Origin: a virus
Taxonomy: Duplodnaviria > Caudoviricetes
Reading direction: 5' to 3' (one strand)
IMG/VR virus record: IMGVR_UViG_3300033066_001283
Span: 1 to 64,000 of that record
Length of the DNA stretch: 64,000 nt
Part shown: positions 8,086-17,350 of the stretch, piece by piece
Layout: every line of letters starts with the position of its first letter
How positions within the stretch are numbered: position 1 is the first letter of the stretch
Program-made: the position numbers and the translations under genes
The notes under the pieces: generated by a model
Told to the model about the DNA's origin: nothing
What the model saw: only the letters and a program-made list of their open reading frames with translations
Databases searched by the model: none

Positions 8086-10154
8086 TGATTAGTAAATCCT
8101 TAGCCGATTCAACGGTAGTATCTTCACAAGGTATACCAACTAACTTAGCAGGAAGTACTTCTAGTCTTCTTTCTAGCACATTATCAGTAGGTCCTAGAGA
8201 CACTACTGATTTTATGTATAGAATGAGAACTAATAATCCCAATAGCACCAATATTGGAAATCCTTTCACATATGGAACTCTTTTAGATCCATGTGAGAAT
8301 ATTACAGCTGGAGTAACTGGATGGAGTAACGTTGCTAATGCTACAGTATCTTTTTCTAATACGCATAAAATCAGTGGAGCTGGATGTGTAAAAGTAGTAA
8401 ATACTAATGCAGGAGCTGGAAACGTAGCTATTCAACGTACTATAACTTCTACAGATGTCTCTAGTGCCTTTACTGTGTCATTTTGGGTATATGTTGAAGC
8501 TCCTACAGATCCAAGTTATATTTCTTGGAAGTTTACTTTATCTACTACTACTGATGGTGCTGGGAATGCTACTGGAAATGGTAAATCATTCCAAGGTAAT
8601 ATGACCTCTAAATCTGGTTGGAACTTTGTTGAAATTCCAATAGGAAGATTTAATGGAACAATTGGAACTGGAGCTTGGGCAGATTTTACTACTATTACTT
8701 ATTTACAATTTCAAGCTGCTTCATTTGTTGGGGGAGCTGGAGCTCTAGTATTCTATTTAGATGATATAAGATTTAATACTTATCATAAACCTGTAGTAGT
8801 TCCCTGGTTTGATGATCAATGGGGCTCTGCTTATAATATTGCTTTTCCTGTTATGCAGTCGTATAATATTAAAGGTACAATGGCTGTTATTAGCAATAAC
8901 GTAGGAACAGCTAATTATTGTACTACAGGAATGCTTCAGAATATGTATAATGCTGGCTGGGATATGGTTAATCATAGTTGGCATCATATACATACTATGA
9001 CTACTAGTGCCACGGGAGCTGGATTTACAAATGATGGATGGCAATTGCTTTTATTTTCTGGAAGTTTATCAGGAGGTAAGTTTAAATTAACTGGAAGTGG
9101 AATAACTACTGCTAATATTGCTTATGCAAGCAGTACTTCATTAGCAACTAATATTGCTTCGGCTATACAAGCTTCAGGAATAGCATGGACAGGTTCAACA
9201 ACTATAACATCTGCTGGAACATACGCTGCTAGTGCTACTATTGCTGTAGCTTCAACTACTAATATGATTGTTGGTAGAAAAGTGGGAATAGGAGAAAATA
9301 CACATAACTGTATTACTGCTACTCTACTCTCCGCTGCTGGAGGTAATATAACATTAGATACTGCTATTACTGTTGTTGCAGGACAAAGAATACGTGGATG
9401 GATGGTTACATCAACAACAGCAACAACAAACTCTGTAGGTTACTGTCATATTAATACATGGGAATCCTCTTACCCTCTTATGACTTTATCAGCAGGATCT
9501 AGTAATGATATTTCTACCTTAGGATCTAATAATCCTGGTATGAGTTTTGCTACTATGTTAACAGAATATCAAACCTGTCATGATTATTTAGTTGCAAGAG
9601 GATGGACAAGAAATAACTGCCACAAATTTATAGCATACCCTTACGGAGAATTTGCTAGTGATGGTTCAAGTAGCTCATGGGCGCCAGATCCTAGAATAAA
9701 ATATATGTTTAATCAACTAGGATGTTTAGCAGCTAGAACCATAAGTACATCTACAGGAACTACTCCTAAATGTTCTCACGGAGGACAAGCAGAAATTGGT
9801 GGCCATATAAATATGTTAACAGTATTTGCTGGCTCTACCGATGGAAATAGGTTATATTCTAGTACAGTTATGAATAATGTTAGAACTAATATGCTTGCTG
9901 GAGCTGGAGTTATTCCAATAATGTTTCATAGAGTTTATCCAGATACTATTGCAGCTGGAGGTCTAGATGTTACAAATACTTGTACAGTTGATGGGCAAGG
10001 ATGGGCGACATCTGGAACAGGAGGAACTAATATTCATTTATCTGATTTTACTGAAATAATGAAAGAACTGGCAGCAATGAGAGATGCTGGATTGATTGAA
10101 ATCAAAACTGTTAGTGAATGGTATGCAGGACTTAATTATAGTACAATGGTTTAA
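8085..10154 (+). CDS. NodB/CE4-type polysaccharide deacetylase with N-terminal beta-sandwich and internal insertion; putative virion appendage enzyme
   Basis: WFDD motif 1, NHSWHH motif 2, AYPYGE motif 3, IMFH motif 5; TAATG-coupled start at 8085. Confidence 0.75.
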   Translation: MISKSLADSTVVSSQGIPTNLAGSTSSLLSSTLSVGPRDTTDFMYRMRTNNPNSTNIGNPFTYGTLLDPCENITAGVTGWSNVANATVSFSNTHKISGAGCVKVVNTNAGAGNVAIQRTITSTDVSSAFTVSFWVYVEAPTDPSYISWKFTLSTTTDGAGNATGNGKSFQGNMTSKSGWNFVEIPIGRFNGTIGTGAWADFTTITYLQFQAASFVGGAGALVFYLDDIRFNTYHKPVVVPWFDDQWGSAYNIAFPVMQSYNIKGTMAVISNNVGTANYCTTGMLQNMYNAGWDMVNHSWHHIHTMTTSATGAGFTNDGWQLLLFSGSLSGGKFKLTGSGITTANIAYASSTSLATNIASAIQASGIAWTGSTTITSAGTYAASATIAVASTTNMIVGRKVGIGENTHNCITATLLSAAGGNITLDTAITVVAGQRIRGWMVTSTTATTNSVGYCHINTWESSYPLMTLSAGSSNDISTLGSNNPGMSFATMLTEYQTCHDYLVARGWTRNNCHKFIAYPYGEFASDGSSSSWAPDPRIKYMFNQLGCLAARTISTSTGTTPKCSHGGQAEIGGHINMLTVFAGSTDGNRLYSSTVMNNVRTNMLAGAGVIPIMFHRVYPDTIAAGGLDVTNTCTVDGQGWATSGTGGTNIHLSDFTEIMKELAAMRDAGLIEIKTVSEWYAGLNYSTMV

Positions 10155-10156
10155 CT

Positions 10157-10897
10157 ATGGATATTCAAACTTCTAAAATTCAACGATTTTCTAAAAACTT
10201 ATATGAGTATACTTTATACGCTGTAAGTGGATCACCTACTATTCTTGCTAATGCTAGGAATAGTTTTGGTGAAATTTTATCTACTGTAACTTTATCAGTT
10301 ACAGGAACTACTGATGCTTCTACTGGAGCTTCATTAAATTCTCTTACTAATCTCTGGGCTAATACTGGTGCAGGATTTCCTGCTGGTGCTTATGTAGTTG
10401 ATGGTATTATCGCTAATGGTACTGTATCAGTTGGTTTTTGTGCTCCTGAGTACTTAAGAGGGCAGACTGCTAGAGTTACTTGTTCTCAGAATACAATTGT
10501 TTTAGGTGGAGATATCTCTAAAGATTTACTTCCTGAGACATTTGCTTTCATGGATACCAGTAAAGTGAATGGATCAACAATGAAGTATTGTTGCTATTCT
10601 TCTACTGCTTCTTCAACTGTTTATACTGAACTGATGAATTATGATAAGGAGCTTTTGTGGCAGGGAACGATCTCTGTTGTTAATACAGCTTCAAGTCTAC
10701 AGACATTAGCTATTAACGCTGGTTGTTCAGTAGCTAACTGGAATAATGCCGTAAGAGGAGCAGTAAGAATTATAACTGGTGGACCTATTTATGTTAATAC
10801 TGGTGCAGATAGCTTTGGTGCAGTAACTTTTGCGCCCACTGTCAATTCTGCTATGTATTGGGTAGCTGGTAATACTTATGGATTGGGGGTTGTTTAA
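10157..10897 (+). CDS. putative virion adaptor protein A2, paralog of 7363..8085
   Basis: extensive visible identity to A1. Confidence 0.7.
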   Translation: MDIQTSKIQRFSKNLYEYTLYAVSGSPTILANARNSFGEILSTVTLSVTGTTDASTGASLNSLTNLWANTGAGFPAGAYVVDGIIANGTVSVGFCAPEYLRGQTARVTCSQNTIVLGGDISKDLLPETFAFMDTSKVNGSTMKYCCYSSTASSTVYTELMNYDKELLWQGTISVVNTASSLQTLAINAGCSVANWNNAVRGAVRIITGGPIYVNTGADSFGAVTFAPTVNSAMYWVAGNTYGLGVV

Positions 10898-12282
10898 TGA
10901 TTTCTCAAACATTGCAAACAGCAATACAACCTGCTGTTAAAAAGGAAAGACGGGTTGCTAGAGTAGCTTGGTCAGGAACTTCACTAGTTAATGCTCCTAC
11001 AGGTCAAACAGGATCAGGAGGATCAACTGTAACTCCATACAACTCTGATTATAGAGCATGTCAAATTGGTATGGGACCATTAACATCTGGTATCGCTGCA
11101 GCTGCTAATGGTAAGTTCAGAACATGTGCTAATTTGGGCGTAGGTGGCTCATACACGAAGAATACTATAGGTATTGGTATAAATGGTGCCTCTAACTATG
11201 ACTGGTATGATTGGCAACTTCCTAGGCTGAAAGCACAGAAGGCTGATTTCGCTCCAATTTGTATTGGCACTAATGATGTTAAATATACTTCAATTCTAAC
11301 ATCTACACAAATAGCACAGTATATGTCTTATATTGAGGATGGATGTAATCAACTATTATCAGTAGGAACTCTTCCTATGTTGATTAACTTGCCTCCATTA
11401 AGGTATAATGCAACATATAAGGCTACTCATACTGCTAATGTTATTCAATGGAATTATGCTTTAAGAAAATTAGCAGAAAGAATTGGTGTTCCTTATATTG
11501 ATGTATACTCTTTATTTGCATTAACTACTTATGAATGGGTGGCTAATACAACTACTGATAGTATTCATTGGAATTATGCAAGCAATAACATTTGGCCTAA
11601 GATTTGGGCACAAATGAGCCCATACTTTACATCTTCTACAGGTAATATGTCTTGTGCGGCTTTACCTAGAGATTTTGGATACTATGATAGTTATATTCAA
11701 GGATGGTTAAACTATCCATCTGAGCCTTATGGTTGGAATAACGTTTATATTAATAACGTTCAATCAGCTAATGCTGCAGCTAGTTCAAATGGTGTATATA
11801 CATCAGTATATTCTGCCTGGAACCCAACTAACTTTGGTGCTGCCGGACAAAGCTTTATAGGACCTGGTATAAAAGATACAGTAACATCTTCAGCTTCAGC
11901 TGCTTCAAACAGTTGTTATGTTTCTTGTGGTGCATATACAGGTGGAAACTTAACTCTTCCTACTGCTGGAACTAGAATGCTACTTAGTGGTTGGTTTGAA
12001 ATTACTTCTAACTCAACACCAGGTAATATGGGTGTATACCATAGATTTGTTTATACACTATCTAACTCTACAACTCACACTGTTGAGTTATTTAATACAG
12101 GTGCTGCTGCGGCTGCTACATCTGGACCATTCTACTTAGAAACTGAATTTGTAGTTCCCGATATGGGATTATCAAGTTTAGGCCCATTCTATCTTGGCAC
12201 AAGTTCAGGATGTGGCGGAGCTACCACTTTAGTACATTGTATGGCACAAGTGTCCGTACAGACATTAGATGCTATTTATTAA
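10897..12282 (+). CDS. SGNH/GDSL-family esterase with C-terminal beta domain; putative virion appendage enzyme
   Basis: block I GTSL, block II NLGVGG, block III IGTND, block V DSIHWN. Confidence 0.75.
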   Translation: MISQTLQTAIQPAVKKERRVARVAWSGTSLVNAPTGQTGSGGSTVTPYNSDYRACQIGMGPLTSGIAAAANGKFRTCANLGVGGSYTKNTIGIGINGASNYDWYDWQLPRLKAQKADFAPICIGTNDVKYTSILTSTQIAQYMSYIEDGCNQLLSVGTLPMLINLPPLRYNATYKATHTANVIQWNYALRKLAERIGVPYIDVYSLFALTTYEWVANTTTDSIHWNYASNNIWPKIWAQMSPYFTSSTGNMSCAALPRDFGYYDSYIQGWLNYPSEPYGWNNVYINNVQSANAAASSNGVYTSVYSAWNPTNFGAAGQSFIGPGIKDTVTSSASAASNSCYVSCGAYTGGNLTLPTAGTRMLLSGWFEITSNSTPGNMGVYHRFVYTLSNSTTHTVELFNTGAAAAATSGPFYLETEFVVPDMGLSSLGPFYLGTSSGCGGATTLVHCMAQVSVQTLDAIY

Positions 12283-12335
12283 CTCTTAATTTCACAGTAG
12301 AGTTCTTTCTATTTAGTTAACAGATAAATAGATTT

Positions 12336-12364
12336 GGGCTAGGAGAATTCTCCTAGCCCTTTTT
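12336..12364 (+). terminator. intrinsic terminator between convergent units
   Basis: perfect 24-bp palindrome GGGCTAGGAGAATTCTCCTAGCCC (12336-12359) followed by TTTTT. Confidence 0.85.
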
Positions 12365-12389
12365 CTTGTCTAAAGGAACAACTTAACCT

Positions 12390-12599
12390 TTAGATTATAC
12401 CAGAGTCATCACTCTCTGGTTGTCCGTCCGTCACAGTAGAAGGATGTAAATTGAAGTTTTGAATTTTACTGATAAAGGATAATGTAAGTTGAATTAGATC
12501 GAGTAGTTCATTACTAGTTGAATTTATTTCAACTGTTTCTTCTACACCATTTCTAGTACAGTTTACAGTTAATCCTGAAGGGTTCTTATTAATAATCAT
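12390..12599 (-). CDS. hypothetical protein
   Basis: ORF overlapping the lysin stop. Confidence 0.5.
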   Translation of the reverse strand: MIINKNPSGLTVNCTRNGVEETVEINSTSNELLDLIQLTLSFISKIQNFNLHPSTVTDGQPESDDSGII

Positions 12600-13092
12600 T
12601 GAACCTTATAAAATGGATGTTAGAACCAGACTTCCAATATCTAATTTTCTTCAAGCCCAGCCACCCTTCTCGAGAACCATCTTCATTAGTATTTCCTTCC
12701 GAAGTTCTAAGCCAATAGATACCTAATGGTAGCTTCTTTACTTCGTTAATAGCAAAGATATGACCAGTAAGAGTTCTAGGATCTAGATAGTATCCTAAAT
12801 CTCCTCTTTTAGCTTCACTTGCATCAGTAAATAGTCTACCCTTTCTATTAAAGAAATCTCTCCAATTTCTAACTGCTGCTGCAGGAAATGGTAGATCAGT
12901 TTTCTTATAAAGTCCCGTAGCCATACACATAGCGTATAAAAATGCGCTACACCACGGATTTCCGGGGTCTACTCCAGCTAATTCGAGATATTTATCAACA
13001 TAAGGTCCACGATTACTACCTTTTGGAACCTCAACAGCTCTACCTTTTAGAATTTCGTCACTTACACGTAATAAAAATTGCTCAGATCGCAT
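12589..13092 (-). CDS. CHAP-domain cysteine peptidoglycan hydrolase (putative endolysin)
   Basis: E.PKGSNRGP.VD.YL, PWCSAF (catalytic Cys), GHI (catalytic His), EGNTN; AAGGAG SD inside the upstream gene. Confidence 0.8.
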   Translation of the reverse strand: MRSEQFLLRVSDEILKGRAVEVPKGSNRGPYVDKYLELAGVDPGNPWCSAFLYAMCMATGLYKKTDLPFPAAAVRNWRDFFNRKGRLFTDASEAKRGDLGYYLDPRTLTGHIFAINEVKKLPLGIYWLRTSEGNTNEDGSREGWLGLKKIRYWKSGSNIHFIRFNDY

Positions 13093-13849
13093 TAGATTGC
13101 TCCTTTTTCTTTTTCCACCATTCTAGTTTTGCTTTTCTCATTTTCTCTTTAGCTTCTTCTGTTTTAAGAATACCCTTTCTTTTTATAGACATTTTTAATT
13201 TAGCTTCATCAGAATGCTTACGACCTAACTGAGCTTTTCTATTTAGTTCTGCAAGTTCTTTACGTCTCTCATCAGAATAATTTGCAATGGTTGCAGCTCT
13301 TTTATCCTTTTGCTCTTGAGACGTAGGTTTGCCAAAATTAGGATTTAAAGGCCCAGATAATTTAAGTCTCATCTTTTCTTTGGCCTCCTCAGAGTGATGC
13401 CTACCGTAGAAAGGATTGTCTTTCCCATATTTCTTGTGGGTGGGAGGTTTATCAGCAACAAAGTTAGAATTTAAGTACAGATCTTTGTTACTTTCATCAA
13501 GTAACTTTTGCTCTATTAACAGAAGATTGTCACTATCTGGCACTTCACAAATTATAGAACAAGTAAAATCTCCTTCTCCATATTTATTCCAGGCACTTTG
13601 GAATAAAGGGGAATGATGAGCATTACGTCTTAATGCTTGAAAATGATCCATAAGTCTATTTCTTATTTGCCTAGATGATCCAATGTAATATCTATTCATA
13701 GAAGCACATTTAATAATATAACAGCCACTTAACTTATTAATTTCTCTGGGAATGGAGGTAGGTAAATACCAATCAGAATAGTCAGATTCTTTAGCTCTTC
13801 CAGATGTTATCTCATCTGATAATTTTAATAAAAATTGTTCTGATCTCAT
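13082..13849 (-). mobile_element. free-standing GIY-YIG homing endonuclease with NUMOD3 repeats, fused in frame to a copy of the lysin's first 21 codons
   Basis: GCYII...YYIGSS...R...H...L, KYGE..F, EQ, YLN; NPFYGRHHSEEAKEKMR and GRKHSDEAKLKMS repeats. Confidence 0.9.
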
Positions 13850-13856
13850 TTAACCT

Positions 13857-14504
13857 CTATAGTATTAAAGCTTCTTTATCTAAAATAGAGCTTTCTTTAA
13901 CAGGATGAAGTGGAATAATAGACTCAGCTTTAAAATATGCTTTTATTGAAGTTCCTATATCATTAAAAGTGTGTCCTCTACTGATACTTGTTAACTCTAA
14001 TCCTAAAATAGATTCCGTAGTAGCAAAGCCTTGTTTATTTTTCTGAATCATAGTCAAATTATGTTTCCCTTTAAATATCTCTGTTGGATCATTTAAATAC
14101 TGGGATAGAATGATGTATCCTGAAATAGACTTGGGATATATGTACTCATCATACATTATTTCTTCAACATTCCCTAATCTGGTATTATCGAGATAATACA
14201 TTTTATCAGCACCTGTAAAGCAGGCAGCACCTACTGATGAATGACTAGATAAGAAAGAAAGTCCAACTAAACCACCGCCCTCTTGCATACGAACTAATTG
14301 ACAATCAAATAAGTAAACAGTAGAATCTTCTTCTTGAACTTTGATTGTATGAAGCTTATTGCCGAAGTAATATTGATTATATAAAGTTTCTGGAAGAACT
14401 AAAGATCCAAGTATTATAGGCATACTTCCTTCTTTAGCAGATGATAGTGCATAAGTAATATCTATATTTCCACAATCAATTTCGTCTATATATATTTGTT
14501 TCAT
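13857..14504 (-). CDS. hypothetical protein with two-fold internal repeat, weakly tail-tube-like
   Basis: YIDEIDCGNI...ILGSLVL versus YLDNTRLGNV...ISGYIIL. Confidence 0.35.
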   Translation of the reverse strand: MKQIYIDEIDCGNIDITYALSSAKEGSMPIILGSLVLPETLYNQYYFGNKLHTIKVQEEDSTVYLFDCQLVRMQEGGGLVGLSFLSSHSSVGAACFTGADKMYYLDNTRLGNVEEIMYDEYIYPKSISGYIILSQYLNDPTEIFKGKHNLTMIQKNKQGFATTESILGLELTSISRGHTFNDIGTSIKAYFKAESIIPLHPVKESSILDKEALIL

Positions 14505-14505
14505 C

Positions 14506-15108
14506 TTACTTGAATAGGTTCATATCAGCTGCTGTAGCTGCCTGTATCTTCTGGCTCTGTTCAGAGACTGTATTGATCATCTGAAGGAAGAAGAATAGTA
14601 ATCTCTTCTCATTCATGGTTGGTAGAATAGGATAGCCCTTGGATCTTAAATTAGCTGTAAATCCAATACTCTGATCCCATGATTCTAGAAAGCTCTGCTG
14701 CTTCATATTGTAAGTGATCAATCTAACATATACTAAACCTGGGTCAATATCTTGATCTGGAACTGCTAAATTATCTGCTGTAGCAACTTTAACTGTAATT
14801 GTCTTACAGAAATCAGAGAAGTCTTTTTCAACCTGTTCTCTAGTTACACCTGACTGCTCAGGGAAATCTGCTGGTAGGGTAGCTTCATTAAGAGCTGTAT
14901 TAACTGCTGAATAGAGCTCATCAATAGTGATGATATCTTCCACTCTATCTTCAGTCATTGAAATCTGAATAACCTTAGGAAGAATAAACTCCTTAACCCA
15001 AACTACTTTATCCTCTTCACTCTTCTGTAGGACTGTCCAATTCTGGAGAGTTTGGTTGTTTCTTTCTTCTACGGCTTCTGCGCTGTTGTCTATTACTGTT
15101 TCGGGCAT
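14506..15108 (-). CDS. hypothetical acidic protein
   Basis: 200-aa ORF, AAGGA SD. Confidence 0.65.
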   Translation of the reverse strand: MPETVIDNSAEAVEERNNQTLQNWTVLQKSEEDKVVWVKEFILPKVIQISMTEDRVEDIITIDELYSAVNTALNEATLPADFPEQSGVTREQVEKDFSDFCKTITVKVATADNLAVPDQDIDPGLVYVRLITYNMKQQSFLESWDQSIGFTANLRSKGYPILPTMNEKRLLFFFLQMINTVSEQSQKIQAATAADMNLFK

Positions 15109-15220
15109 TTTCTTTTGTTTCCTTGATTTGATTTTTTATATCTTGATCGAGTTTCTCTATTGGAGTGTACTCGCCATTTACGTCTAAAATGTAGATCTGT
15201 TCATCCATTATAATTCCCAT
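15017..15220 (-). CDS. hypothetical protein
   Basis: fills the gap; 3' end overlaps the next gene. Confidence 0.4.
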   Translation of the reverse strand: MGIIMDEQIYILDVNGEYTPIEKLDQDIKNQIKETKENARNSNRQQRRSRRRKKQPNSPELDSPTEE

Positions 15221-15648
15221 CCTGCAACAGGTTTTGATTTAGTAAAGTCAGGAACCCATATTCCCTTCTTTATTTCTGCTACTTGATTATTAATTTCTAG
15301 CTTAAGAGGAAACTTAGACCCTGTTGAAGTAAGTGTACATTTAATTTCTCCTAAGGATTTAACTTCTTCTAGAAAACTGATAAATAGATTATGATCTGAA
15401 CCATTGAATTCGATTAGGTACTTTTGATCAGATTCATGATATTGACCTTGATACGCCCATGATTTGGGATCATTGGTGTAAAGCTCATTTCCATCTTCAT
15501 CTACCAGTTTAGAATGTATATCTATTCTTACTGAAGAAGACAATGGAATTTTACCAATAATATCTGTAACCTTATTCTTATCTCCCCATCCTCCATCTAG
15601 AAGAAGATGACCTGACCAATTATAGGGTTTAATATATGTGTTATTCAT
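15208..15648 (-). CDS. hypothetical protein
   Basis: ORF with GGAG SD. Confidence 0.55.
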   Translation of the reverse strand: MNNTYIKPYNWSGHLLLDGGWGDKNKVTDIIGKIPLSSSVRIDIHSKLVDEDGNELYTNDPKSWAYQGQYHESDQKYLIEFNGSDHNLFISFLEEVKSLGEIKCTLTSTGSKFPLKLEINNQVAEIKKGIWVPDFTKSKPVAGWEL

Positions 15649-15837
15649 TTAATCTCCAAGTATGAAATCTTTATTGATAAAGAAGATTCTTTTAGGATAT
15701 TCTTTCTCAGATACCCATCCTGTACTATTTCTAAACCCTGTTCTAATTTCATTAAACTGCCTATTATATTTATTGTACTCAATAACCTTAGGGTTTATAA
15801 TACCATATTTAGTTTCTTTCCAGTCTTTAAATTCCAT
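15649..15837 (-). CDS. hypothetical protein
   Basis: small coupled ORF. Confidence 0.45.
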   Translation of the reverse strand: MEFKDWKETKYGIINPKVIEYNKYNRQFNEIRTGFRNSTGWVSEKEYPKRIFFINKDFILGD

Positions 15838-16435
15838 TACGCCATGTGTATAAAAATCTGCAACATTTAAATGCAGTAAAGTGATAACTTGTAAGTTCTA
15901 TTGGATTCCATTCCCATTCTTCAGTTTCCTTATTCAAATGAAGAATACCAGCTAATTCAATCTCTTCAGGTTTGATAGAACAATCTTCAATCCTAGTAGC
16001 ATTCTTATAAGCTGCTAATTGAAGAGTATAAGAGTCTCTGATACTACGAGAACACTTGAAATCCACAAGAACTAGCTTTCCATTTTTAAATTTAGCTATT
16101 GAATCCAAGGTTCCTGCATACATTAAATCATCATGGTAGCATGCTTTCTCAAATGCTAGCCATTCATCTACGTTCTCATATGACCACTTTCTAAAGTTAT
16201 TGATTACCTTCTTAATAGAATGATCAGGCTTTATATCTAAGCCTGTTTCTATAAACTCAATAGTGTTGTGAACCAAGCTACCATAGGTGGCAGCATCATT
16301 CTTCTGTTTATTGGCCTCTGAGAGCCCCAGACGCCCATACCACTCTGCCAAGCCTGGTTTATCTAGTATATTAAGAATGGTGGTCACAGAAGGCACTTCA
16401 ATACCCTTTATTTCATATCGGCTAAATTTCTTCAT
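15827..16435 (-). CDS. PD-(D/E)XK (RecB-like) phage exonuclease
   Basis: PSVTTIL, GSLVH..IE, YAGTLD, VDFK, QLAAY. Confidence 0.85.
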   Translation of the reverse strand: MKKFSRYEIKGIEVPSVTTILNILDKPGLAEWYGRLGLSEANKQKNDAATYGSLVHNTIEFIETGLDIKPDHSIKKVINNFRKWSYENVDEWLAFEKACYHDDLMYAGTLDSIAKFKNGKLVLVDFKCSRSIRDSYTLQLAAYKNATRIEDCSIKPEEIELAGILHLNKETEEWEWNPIELTSYHFTAFKCCRFLYTWRNGI

Positions 16436-17347
16436 TTAGTATATTGGTAAGTACTTAGAGAGTATTTCTACAAAAGCATTAATGTTAAAGTTAATTCTCT
16501 TCTTAAGTACTTGGTATTCTTTACTGTAGAAATCATTATGTGCAGTTAATAATGCACAGTTATAAGCATCATCAGGAGAGATTAAGTTGATCTTATTCTT
16601 CCATAGCTTCTTCTTATTCACAGCTTTAATAAATGGATCTAGATTAAGTCCTAAGTTTTCTGCTTGATTGAATAGTTGTTCCGATTGAGCTATTCCTAAT
16701 TCTTCTGATAAAGAGATTACTAGTCCTCTGCGTTGGTTAATCTCATCTCTAGTTAAGAAATCTGAATTAGTATCTCTAATTACAACTGGGTGGATATAGT
16801 TAGATAGTTTATTTATAAAGCTATAATCAAAGTTACCCATCTGTCTACCATCTAATACCTTTGATCCAGTAGGAACTGTACAGAAAGTAGGAGAGAAGTC
16901 TTCATACTTAGCTAGTGTTTCCTGAATATAATTAATATTCGTATCATGAATACTCACTCCTAGTACAATATTAGGTGATAGTATTCTAGCATATTTCATT
17001 GCTGAAAGAGTCTTGAAGATTATTTCATTGGATGATAACTTAGGTGTAAAGAAATCTAAATGAAGAATATCAAATCCTGCTCTGCAATCATACTCTAAAG
17101 TTTTATAACTATCAGTAAGATTAGATTGTATATTACAGTTCTTTCTTGATACATAGACTTGTGCATCAGTATACTGAGCACGTTTAGTATGAATTAAATT
17201 CATAAAATCAAACGTACTTAGGAAGGTAGACTTCTCATAGTCTACCTGGCTTTTAGGGCATGAAATAATAATTGGTTTTTTTGTAATTTGTGAAAACTGG
17301 AATACAGCTTCTACTATCTCATATGAGATTGGTTCAACTTCTAACAT
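16436..17347 (-). CDS. GatZ/KbaZ (tagatose-bisphosphate aldolase subunit)-like TIM barrel, degenerate
   Basis: SQVD, D..AGFDILHLD, V.TGS.V...Q.G.F, NSDFL; expected DHxGP metal motif replaced by RKNCN. Confidence 0.5.
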   Translation of the reverse strand: MLEVEPISYEIVEAVFQFSQITKKPIIISCPKSQVDYEKSTFLSTFDFMNLIHTKRAQYTDAQVYVSRKNCNIQSNLTDSYKTLEYDCRAGFDILHLDFFTPKLSSNEIIFKTLSAMKYARILSPNIVLGVSIHDTNINYIQETLAKYEDFSPTFCTVPTGSKVLDGRQMGNFDYSFINKLSNYIHPVVIRDTNSDFLTRDEINQRRGLVISLSEELGIAQSEQLFNQAENLGLNLDPFIKAVNKKKLWKNKINLISPDDAYNCALLTAHNDFYSKEYQVLKKRINFNINAFVEILSKYLPIY

Positions 17348-17350
17348 AAT

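Noticed and set aside
13082-13849. Group I intron encoding the GIY-YIG
   Set aside because: The ORF is fused to or overlaps coding sequence at both ends, leaving no room for a ribozyme core, and the lysin is already complete without splicing.
15827-16435. Cas4 of a CRISPR system
   Set aside because: No cas genes or array nearby and no clear four-Cys Fe-S set; it is a common stand-alone phage PD-(D/E)XK nuclease.
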